Below, piece after piece: positions 22,558 through 32,500 of a DNA stretch of 63,828 nt. Under the pieces are notes generated by a model. The model did no database searches and was not told the DNA's origin. It worked only from the letters and a program-made list of their open reading frames with translations. Both the position numbers and the translations under genes were made by a program. Numbering within the stretch: position 1 is the stretch's first letter; each line of letters opens with the position of its first letter. The DNA is from Parcubacteria group bacterium (lineage in GTDB: Bacteria; Patescibacteriota; Patescibacteriia; UBA2169): NCBI GenBank assembly GCA_016181765.1, contig JACOYR010000002.1:1-63828 (forward strand), in the 5' to 3' direction.

Positions 22558-24099
22558 TCAGACGCATGGTGACGTGAGACTTCCCGAAAGACTGGAGCCG
22601 TAAAACGCTTCCAAAGCTCCGGTAATATACGCCCGTACTTCTCCGCTTGGTATTTCCGCTATCCGCAGATCGTCCGGTAGCCAAACATGGTTTTCCGCGC
22701 TTTCCCGTGCACGGCCGGCCAAATCGGTATATGTCCGCTTCAGATAGGAAAGTTGTGGTACCAAGTCTGGTCGCTCAGCCACAAGCAAGCCAAACTCTTC
22801 GGTCCCTGGGTAGGGCTTGAACTGGAAAATACCGGCCTCGGTCATGCCTATGGTTTTCAGGTCTGCGATAAACCGAACGGTATCCTCAATCTGTGACCGG
22901 GTCTCGCCTGGAAAACCAAGCACAAAGAAGCCTTTCGGCTGGATGCCAAACCGAACCAACTTTTGAACGGCTTGTACCACTTGATGAGTCGCGACCTTCT
23001 TCTTGATGCGCTTTAAGACAACATCGTTGCCGCTCTCAACACCCAGCGCTATCTTCCAAGCGCCAGATGCTTGCATCATGCCCATGACCTCGTCGTTGAA
23101 GTCCCGCCGCAAAATCACCGGCGCGCGCGTCAAACCGCGCCACATAAACTTGCCCAAGAGATCACGACTCTCCAGACCGAGATAGAAATCACGGATGTTT
23201 TCGCCGGAAATGAAAGCCATGTCATCTAGAAAGTGCACTGCGTCGGCTCCCAAACCGCTTACCACATACTCGACTTCGTCAAGTATTCGCGACACCTCAG
23301 GTCGGGCATAGGGCACGTCGTTGCCGCGATTCACCATTATCGGCGAAGCGCAGAATGTACACTCAAACGGACAACCATACGTCACGAACAGCGTGGCCTC
23401 GCTGACCTCTTTGAACGCACCGGCATGATGGATTGTATGCCGGTAAAGCGGCTCCTCTATGTACACATCCTGCCTGATCATCGGGATGTCGTCCGGCGCC
23501 AGCTTGGGCGCATATTCAGTAACAGGCAACAGACTCTGCCCTTTGTACCAAATCCCGGACAGGCGCTTTTCAACGCCGCGAAAAGCGACAGAAAGAATTT
23601 CTCCTATCGCAACCTCGCCGTTGCCGCGAACAATCGCGAAAGCATTAGGAAAATCCTGAACCGCATTACACAAGTCAAGCGTGGCATGAATACCGCCCAG
23701 AATATAGGGCACGCCAATCCGGTCGCAAACCCGGGCAATGGCAATGGCTTCGGGAACATTCACAGATGTGGGATTTAGTCCCACCAACTTGGCTCCCGAT
23801 GCCTTGATTTGCGCTCCAATCTGTTCGGGTTGCAGCCGCAAACGGTGCGCGTCCAGAAGGCCTGCCTTGAAACCGAACTTCTCACGAGCCGTTGCGACGA
23901 CTCTCAAAAATCCCCACGGCGGCTCCTCGCCATCAGGAATCAATCCCTGTTGGTACGTCGAGGGCACATTGATGCCCAGAAAATCAAAACCATACTCTTC
24001 TGCGGGCATGGCCCAGTGTGTTCGGCCTTCTGTATGTAACTCGCTGATACGATGGCTCTGGTTGAAGATGGTTAAGCCAAACTGACCATTCTTTGACAC
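22558..24099 (-). CDS. B12-binding-domain radical SAM enzyme (class B)
   Basis: N-terminal Rossmann-like cobalamin-binding region (KLVGLNPTS...ILGGIH) and the rSAM cluster YGCPFECTFCAS. Confidence 0.85.
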   Translation of the reverse strand: MSKNGQFGLTIFNQSHRISELHTEGRTHWAMPAEEYGFDFLGINVPSTYQQGLIPDGEEPPWGFLRVVATAREKFGFKAGLLDAHRLRLQPEQIGAQIKASGAKLVGLNPTSVNVPEAIAIARVCDRIGVPYILGGIHATLDLCNAVQDFPNAFAIVRGNGEVAIGEILSVAFRGVEKRLSGIWYKGQSLLPVTEYAPKLAPDDIPMIRQDVYIEEPLYRHTIHHAGAFKEVSEATLFVTYGCPFECTFCASPIMVNRGNDVPYARPEVSRILDEVEYVVSGLGADAVHFLDDMAFISGENIRDFYLGLESRDLLGKFMWRGLTRAPVILRRDFNDEVMGMMQASGAWKIALGVESGNDVVLKRIKKKVATHQVVQAVQKLVRFGIQPKGFFVLGFPGETRSQIEDTVRFIADLKTIGMTEAGIFQFKPYPGTEEFGLLVAERPDLVPQLSYLKRTYTDLAGRARESAENHVWLPDDLRIAEIPSGEVRAYITGALEAFYGSSLSGSLTSPCV

Positions 24100-24565
24100 T
24101 GGTCCACGCTCCTTTCTTTATGTTGTGAATGTACTACTTTTAAGAAATCTACTACAGATTTCTTCTAGCGTGGAATTTATCACAATTCTTATTTATACGC
24201 AATGGAAGTCTCGCCACTCAACCTGCAATTACCAAACGATGCTGGGGCATAAAAACTGGATCACACTGTATAAGCCAGTCCGCTTACCGCTTCCGGAGCT
24301 GATAGCGCAGGGCGCTTCCCTTGCAACAGAGTTCCTCGTGCAACTGCATGAGAAGTCTCTTTTTTGGTTAGTAGTACAACGTCTGGTGCGAAGAGCGCCA
24401 GTCACACCTGATCTCATTTACGGAGTTGCAGTAATCAACTCCAGCCGGGCCAAAAAATAAAACGGCGCATTGTGAGCATGCATAGGGTATGGTGTTTATT
24501 TGGCTTACACTAGCTACAGAATACCATATTTACCAACCACAGAATGAACAGTGCCGTACACAATC

Positions 24566-24595
24566 TTGACAAAACATCCCAAATGTGTATATAAT
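24566..24595 (+). promoter_or_regulatory. Promoter for the secreted protein gene
   Basis: TTGACA (24566-24571), 18 nt, TATAAT (24590-24595). Confidence 0.5.
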
Positions 24596-24764
24596 AGAGG
24601 CATAAATTGCTCCTTCCGCCCTTTCCCAATATACAATCCATCCATATCCCACACACCTGTACCTTCACCTCCTGTTGGAACCCAGCCGGAGCCGTACATA
24701 CCAAGCCAACAAGAACGAAACTCACACCAATCTCCTTGCAAAGGAGAAAGAAAGAAGGCAGAAG

Positions 24765-26408
24765 ATGAAGCGCACAATCGCAGTATTCCTTGCGGGAGCT
24801 TTGTTCCTGCTCGGAAGCGGCACGGCAAGCGCGGCTCCGCGCTACCTCTATGAATTCCCCTGGCAGCCCGCGAACAAAGGGCTTGCCAGCTTCTTCCAGC
24901 AGGTTGGGATTGCCTCTCCGCCCGCAATCCCGACGGACCAGGAAATCAGCCTGGCGGACACCACCATGGTGCTGGAAACCGGCACCTATGACACGGTCTA
25001 CGTCCGGTCAGGCGATGTCGTCTTGTACCACGGTGTGGAAGTCACGGGAATGCTCACTGTGGAACCTGGAGCGTACATCCTTCCCGCAGACAAAGATGCG
25101 TGGCTCAATGTGACCGGGGTAAACGCGACCGCAACCATTGGCGCGCCTGGAGGGGAATTCGTCCAGATCCTGGGCGTCGGCGTGTTCAACCCCTTTCCGA
25201 ACACGAAGGGCATTCAGGTGCTGTTCGGCGCGGCCGCGGTAATGCACAACGTGCTGACTGCCGGTGTGGGTAGGGGAACAGTCGTATACTCCGACCTGGA
25301 TGATGCGGTCAGTTCTCTGCAGGCCACCAGGTTGTACATGACCAACAACGGGTACGGCGCCGCAATCATGGAGAGCAATGTTGAGCTGGCGCAGTCAGCT
25401 ATCTGGGACAACTCCAAACTGGCGCTTTTCTTCTCTGATGGCAGCCGAAAGACAAGCAGACATTTCCGGGCAACCGAATCCTGGTTCAGTGGACAATTGG
25501 ACCTCTCCCTCGGTAACCGCGCCTCCTCAATTGTCTTTGACCGGTGCATCCTGCCGGACGGGTTTGTGGACTGGCTCTACAGCGGCCGGGACAACCCAAA
25601 CTACACCGAGGAGGCCAAATCCGGGAAGTGGGACTACCTCATCGACTTCAGTGGATACGGCGACCTACGCGACATTGATCTTTCCAGGGCCTACAAAAAC
25701 CATGGGCTGGACCGCGTGACCGTGTTGGAGAGCCGGCCATTGGGTACGGTGCAGGTGCACCCCTTGGAACAACAGCTCCTCGCGGCCAACTTCACCGGAA
25801 GCGGCGACGTCAATGATGAGGACATCAGGCTCTGGGCGGAAGCGTTCGGCAGCCCCCGGGACTCTGTCGCGTTTGGGAATCTGTATGATCTGAACCGCGA
25901 CGGCATGGTGAATATGCCGGACATGGAGGAACTGGCTTACGCATTCGCAGGCTTGGAACGCTCTCAACCGGCAACAGCCCTTGGCGCGAGCCCGAAGCTG
26001 CCGGAGTTCCTGGCCGCTGTGACACGGTACCCCGCAGTGGTCAGCGCCGCCGAGAGCGACCCGGTATTCGGTCCGCTCATCCAAGCGTATATGGCGCCGA
26101 CTGTGGTCGCCGAGGTTTCGGGTGAGACGCCGAACGAGTTCTCGTTGGAGAACTACCCGAACCCGTTCAACTCGGGCACCACTATCCGATTCCAGCTTCC
26201 CAAGGAAGCAGATGTCGTGCTCACGGTCTACAACGTCAACGGCCAGGTGGTTGCCCGTCTGGTTGACGAGCGACTGCAGGCCGGTGCGTATACCCAGACT
26301 TGGGATGGATTGGGGGCAGATGGCAATTCTGTTAGCACGGGCACGTACTTCTACCGCCTCAACGCGGGAGACTACACCCATGCCAACAAGATGACCCTGC
26401 TCCGGTAA
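24765..26408 (+). CDS. Secreted protein: signal peptide, beta-helix-like core, dockerin-like repeats, T9SS-type / FlgD-Ig-like C-terminal domain
   Basis: MKRTIAVFLAGALFLLGSGTASA signal peptide. GDVNDEDIRLW and DLNRDGMVNMPDMEEL are dockerin-type Ca loops. The C-terminus reads LENYPNPFNSGTTIRFQLP...VYNVNGQVVARL...GTYFYRLNAG. Confidence 0.8.
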   Translation: MKRTIAVFLAGALFLLGSGTASAAPRYLYEFPWQPANKGLASFFQQVGIASPPAIPTDQEISLADTTMVLETGTYDTVYVRSGDVVLYHGVEVTGMLTVEPGAYILPADKDAWLNVTGVNATATIGAPGGEFVQILGVGVFNPFPNTKGIQVLFGAAAVMHNVLTAGVGRGTVVYSDLDDAVSSLQATRLYMTNNGYGAAIMESNVELAQSAIWDNSKLALFFSDGSRKTSRHFRATESWFSGQLDLSLGNRASSIVFDRCILPDGFVDWLYSGRDNPNYTEEAKSGKWDYLIDFSGYGDLRDIDLSRAYKNHGLDRVTVLESRPLGTVQVHPLEQQLLAANFTGSGDVNDEDIRLWAEAFGSPRDSVAFGNLYDLNRDGMVNMPDMEELAYAFAGLERSQPATALGASPKLPEFLAAVTRYPAVVSAAESDPVFGPLIQAYMAPTVVAEVSGETPNEFSLENYPNPFNSGTTIRFQLPKEADVVLTVYNVNGQVVARLVDERLQAGAYTQTWDGLGADGNSVSTGTYFYRLNAGDYTHANKMTLLR

Positions 26409-26466
26409 CACTGCTCCCTGCCGAAACCGGCGTAGTAGTAGGGTGTCGCCCCTAAGCGACAACAAC

Positions 26467-26501
26467 GGCCTCTCGCACAGTTGCGGGGGGCCTCTTTTTT
26501 T
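26467..26501 (+). terminator. Intrinsic terminator
   Basis: GGCCTCTCGCA-cagt-TGCGGGGGGCC stem with two G-U pairs, then CTCT8. Confidence 0.6.
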
Positions 26502-26515
26502 GTGACAAGCGCGCC

Positions 26516-29500
26516 CTACTGATACGTAAAAGAGACAGGCGAAGAATAATTTCCGCACACCAGATTGTTGCAGCCGCGAACTCGCGCCTGCACGCTGGCC
26601 AAACCCTCGGGTTCATAAGGTATTGCGTAAAATATATCAGCCGCGTCAATGGTAACCGGCGCGCCGTTGTCTTTGGTGATTTCAACTTCGTAAAAATCAG
26701 CCAAAGACACAGGAGGACCCCAATTCACCGTTACTTCATCGCCGAAAGCCGGTATTCCCGGCGCAAAACTGGAGATAACCGCCTGCATAGGCTTAAACGC
26801 AACAAACTGCGTTGCAGGCGGCCCGCACCCATCATCCGTGCAGGTGCGCGCCTGGAACAAGAGCGACTTCAAATTTTGATCCCCTATTATGATTAATGAG
26901 CGTTCATCCTCCCCCTGATGGGCTCCGCTGGGTTCAACCACTGTTGAACCATTGCTGAAATCTTTTTTTACCCTTACCTTATACCCCGTAATCCCGGTCT
27001 GGCTTGCGGGCGCATCCCATGCAAAGGTTACGCCCGCGCCTTGGCTGATATCGCCTGCCGGATCCGTGATGCGCAGATTTTCCGGCGGCATAATGCTCAA
27101 ATCCAAATACTCAATCTGCAGAACCGGGGTATTGGGGTTATAGCTTGACCATGAATAGACACCCCAGTTGTCCTCCACGCGCACCTTGGGCGAAACAGGA
27201 CCCGCTTTTTGGTACACGTGCGTAAACACGAACGGTTTATTATTGCACGCGGCCGGTTTCCTACCCCACTCTGGCAGTCCCTCGCCGCAGTCCCAGCGGT
27301 GGTTCTTGAAGTTGCCGGATATGGTTGTAATATCCTCGGGCGCAGCATTGGTGTTTCCGTCGCCGTCCGTATCCCCCACCCAGTCAATGGTGATCTTGCG
27401 CAAGGGAAGCTGTTCCCCGTTGAAGTTATATCCATAAAACTCAAGTCGCACTTCTTCGCCCACATACGCCTCAATGGAATTATTCGGCTCTCCGGATGCC
27501 TTGCCCGCGCCTGAATGGGCAATAGGCGTTCCATTGATGGAATACCGGCCGTAATTATTACTGATGCCGCAGTTGCTATTTATTGGCACATTCTTTTCAT
27601 TGTCTTCTGGCTCATATCCGCGCTCACTCCGTCTTGCGGCCTGAATCACCGGGCACTGGCCAAATGTTGGATTAATTATTGCCGCATCGCCGACAACAGT
27701 ACTGAATACCGGATTTAATGGATCACCATCTGGATATTCTGTATTCACATTTGTGGCGCTGCTGACGTATCTCGCCAACCCAGTGCTCCATTGCCACCAC
27801 CTATATACCTTGGCAAAAATTTGCTTGAGGTACGTCATAGCGGTCCTGTTTGATATAGCATCAGTATCAACGCCCCCGATCCAAGTCGTCTCAATTGCGG
27901 GACTGTCGCTTGACGGCGGAACAATGCAACCCCCGGGACCTTTACAGCTGTACGGACTGCCGGCGCGCACCTGTCCTATGGAATCCTCCACATAGAGCGG
28001 CTGTACGCCCGGCTCCAGCGCCTTGGTTTCCCCGGTAAACTCATCTTTCTCTTCATCAAGCCGCGCATCCCATTTTGTTGGGTCGTAGATGGTCTCCGCG
28101 GGAGGCGTAATCGCGCCAAACGGCTTTGCGTCCTGAACAAACATAAAATCAGTCGTATATAATTCCTGGAACAATCCGCCATTATCCAACAAGTATTTAG
28201 TTGCCGCAATAAACCAATCCTTGCCGTTGCCCTGAATCCTGCCGGTCCATGCCTTGTTCTCTCCTTCTTCACCGGTCACAGCCACCACGTCTGTGCACCA
28301 TTCGCGAAGCTGGAACTTAATCTGGAAGTCAACCCAGCCAGTATCATTGGTATTATCGCAGAATCCGCCTTCAAACCCAAGGAACTGGTACGGATTTATC
28401 GGACTTGCGTCGCCGCGTATACTGCCGGGAGGGAATGAAGGCGGTCCGTTGCCGCCAACATTGGTACCATTGACGTTAAACCCATCAACGCTGCCATCTG
28501 GCCCCGCAAACCGCGCGCGCAGGGCAAAAATGTTAGTATTATTACCGGAGCTGATAGGATCAGCCCCGCCCTCGCCGCAGTTGTCTGAATTCATGATTGG
28601 CAGCATAAACTTGTCCCACGAATACTCTCCGCCAAAATCGCAGTTTGCGTTCCGGGAGCCGCCGCACCACAAAGTGGTCCATCGGTTATCCCGAGTTTCG
28701 GGAAGCACGCCAAGACTGCTTCTGGCAGAGCCATCGCGGTTGATGATGAACTCTTCATTAGCCGTCGGCCAACCCGAATCTTGCTGTCTTTTAACCACTA
28801 GCTTGATTGCTTCAATATCATACTCGTAAAGCTTGCCGAGCGGGGATTGAGGCTTTACGGGAAACTGCAAGAGTCCGGTAGCAGATTGTTGACCTGCACC
28901 CGTCGCAGTATTTCCTTGCACCAACGGCCTGACAGGATGGTCTATACCTCCTCCTGACCCGCGCGTTCCATCCACTTTGCAAAAGTCGTTAGTTGCGCTG
29001 CACTCATAAAAATTAGCATCATACGCAACACGCCGGGCTTCTGGGTCCCCTCCTTCAGCAAGCGCCAGCACATACGTATTATCCCGCTCTTCCCCTGGTG
29101 TAATAAAGAACGTTGAGTTATCAATCCTATTCCCTTTCCCGGCTGCGCAGTAATACAGCGGCTGGCTCGCAACAAATCCGGCTTCCGGATGGTTCTCAAA
29201 CACATTGGGCTTGCCCTGGACCACATCAACCGGCCACCAGGCAAGGCACGCAGAATTGCCGGATGGGTCAAGAACCGGAGAGCGCTCCAGGCAATAGCCG
29301 TACCAGCCCTGGTGCGAGGAAATCTGGCGCGTGTCAGCCGGGAGCGCGCGCTGGGACGCCTTGGGCAGATACACGGTCTGGTCCAGGGCATCCACTTTCT
29401 TGTAGGAGCACTGGCAGTTCTCCCCGCTCTCCTCGCACAAATTCAAATTCCTCAAGCGGGAGCTCTGGCCGAAATTTACGGGCTGTGAGTAGTTGGAACG

Positions 29501-32500
29501 CTCCTGGATTGAGCCGCGCGAGAACGGGGAATCCTGCTCCGGGTACCCGCGGCACTCAAGGCCCATGGCCCCGGCCCCAAGGTAGCCGAGCCGCGTGTCT
29601 GCGCCGGTTCCGCTCTCGGCCAGAACCTCAACCGGGTACTGGTTGGGCAGAGAGTAGCCCGAGTAGTCCCAGGCTCCGCTGTAAATGGTCTTGCCGCCGT
29701 CGTACCGACCCCGATACTCATCAAGGTCAAACACGGTTGCAACGCCGCCGTCTTTATACGCGGGCGGATAATCGCCGGAGAGCGGCGTAACCCACTTGAC
29801 GCACGCGGTTCCTGATGGATTCATCTGCTGGCACCTGCCGAGATCGTAGGTGACGGTGCGCTCGGCCTGGGTGCTGGGTTCTTTGGCCTGGCTCGTGGTG
29901 GTCGGGGCGAGCCACTCCGCGCACTGCCGGGCCTGGGTTACGGAAAGCACGCCTGGCTCGGCGTCTGAAAACTTTGACTTCGGAATTGCGGCAGGATCAT
30001 ACTGGCCCGATGCCGAGGTAAAGTGCCCCTTGCTGAATTCAACACAACCCGCATCAACGCTCGGCCCTGTGCAATCTCCGGCGCTGACCTCATCAGCAAT
30101 CCGGAATAAGGTTGTTGCCGCGCCTTCGGAAAGGTCGGAACGGGTTGGCTTGTACGCGGTGCAGGAGTTTGCTTCAGCCGGGCAAAGGGGCACATACCCG
30201 CCCGTGGTGTTGCATAAGGCATTGGGATCATCCGGCTGGACAAACCCGCCTTGCCCATTGGTTCCCGGGGCATCCGGATTCCAGGCGCAGAGCTTGTCCC
30301 CGGGGTCGCGGAAATAGTACGTGCCTCCGCTTGCGGCTGTAAACGCTTCGCACCACAATCCCTCCTGGTTGCACAAGCTGCCGTTGGCCCCGGTAAACTC
30401 ATCCGGATCAACGCGCTTGTACGCAGCGCTCCAGTCGGCAACGGCTGTGTCCGGATCAGATCCTGCCGGAGGAGAACCCAAGGCAGTGCACCCTGCCGCG
30501 GACGCGGCAACTTTGTTGGCCGGATCAATGTACCGGTAGTTCACTGTGTCCGCGGGAACCGCGTGCCAGGCCGGGCTTGCTTCCGTGCCCATGCTGAATG
30601 CCTGGCTGTAGGGGTAGTCCGAGTTCCGGGTGTCAATCACCGCAGTGCAGGTCAAAGACCGCGCGTTTCCGAACAGCTTGTCAAACTCGGAAACATAGTA
30701 GGTGTTGCTCTTGTCATCGCGGTAGGCTTGGCAGGAGTTCCAGCGCGGAATGGTCCTATCAAGCGCCGGGTCGCCGTCCGGATCAGGGTTGTAGCATGCG
30801 TCCGGCTGATTGCCGCCCTGGGTTCTGGAAACAGTTGAGCTCTCAAGCCGGTAGTAGGTGTCCGGAATCTGCACCAGCTCCATATCATCAAGCAGCAGCG
30901 CGCCGCCCCCGACCGTGATGCGTAAAAACGCGGGCTCTTCATCGCGCGGCCAGTAGAGCGGGCCGAGCGCATAGTCGCGCCACTGCTCGGGCGCGATGAT
31001 ATTCGGGGGATCGCCCGCAACCGCGTTCGGACTGCCGGATCCGCGGAAAAACCACTCATCTCCGCCCCCTGCGGTGGTCAGGTGCGCTCCGGTAATCGCA
31101 ACCCCGCCCAGGCTGGTTCCCTTTGCCACAAACCGCAATTCATACGTGTTGCCCGCAAAGGAACGCCCGGCAATGGCGTCCGCAAACGCCTGCATCATTG
31201 AGAGGCGGGCATCAAACAGCACGGACCGGCCCTGGTTCGCGGCCGTATCGCTTGAAAGTCCGACATTGGGAATATCCCACTGGCTGGCATCTTGGTAGTC
31301 GTCCAATTCCCCTTCAAACGGCTCGGTGAACAGGGACCGCACCACGTTCGCCCGCTTGCCCTTGTACTCGCGGCATCCGACCGCGGCGGATGAGCACTGG
31401 TTCGCCTCGCTCGGGATAAAGTACCAGGATTCCTGCACTCCGCCCGCTTCCGCGGCGCGCCGAAACTGGGTGCACTGGCCGGAAGCGGTTACAATCTTGT
31501 TGGCATCGCGCCGGTACTCAACCCCGTTTTCATCTGAAATAAACGTGCGGCACAGCGTACCCTGCTCATCGTCGCTGCACACCGGCGAACCGCCGGCTTG
31601 GTCCTGGCATGAGGCGCTGGCCGGGTCAACCGCGCCCTGGCGCGCTCCCTGCGGAAACACGGCGCACGGGCCTCCTGAATGTACATCTTTCAACAACTGC
31701 CATGTCTTAAGATTGTTCCCTTCCCAGGTATAGAACGTGGCAGTGTTCGGATTGGCGTCAAGCACGCAGGATTCAATGCGGTTGAAGTAGGCGCGCGCCT
31801 CGGTTTGCGCATTGGTAAACGCCTCGCACCCGACCTGCTCCCGGGTGCAGCTTTGGGCCTGGTTCGGTATGAACTGCGCCCGAGTGGGCCGCGTGTTCGG
31901 GTCAACAAGCCTCTCAATGGGGGTTGGCATGGCAAGCAGGGTGTCAAACCCGTTGCACGCCGCCGCGCACAAGCCGTTCGCGGTCAGGCGCGCGTACCTC
32001 GCGGATCCGCCCGCAACCGGAGTGTACGGCCGGGCGCTTGTTTCTTCGGCAGTGCACTCGCCTGCGTCCGCAAACACGCTCTTGTTCTCGGTTCCATACG
32101 CCTTGTATGCGGTAGTCGGGGATGCAACGTTAAAAGAACCGCTCACCGGAACCGTGTTCAGCGTTGCAATACCTTTTTGTGATGCGATTGCTACCGTTGC
32201 AATGGCATCTGCCCCTTGCTGAAGCTTTATTTCCTCAAGCTGGATGTCATCGTACAGCGCCCGATTTTTGAGGTGAATAACAACGCGCGTTTGGTTCGCG
32301 CTGTAGAACGTTGCCGCAAACCGCGAACCTTGGTATGTTCCCAGGTTTGGAACGGCCAAAGTAAGGGTGTTGGATTCGGCAAAGCTGTAATCCGGGAATG
32401 AGACGCTCTTCAGGGGCCCGCTTGCGCTGACCTCAATGATTGCATCAAGAACGGCTGCGTCATTCGGATTCGGGAACGCGAAAAACGAGAACGTGTAATA

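Noticed and set aside
24125-24460. 111-aa plus-strand ORF in the AT-rich region upstream of the secreted protein gene
   Set aside because: It has no SD or promoter geometry, an odd composition and no motif. It could be a decayed gene fragment, but I cannot support that.
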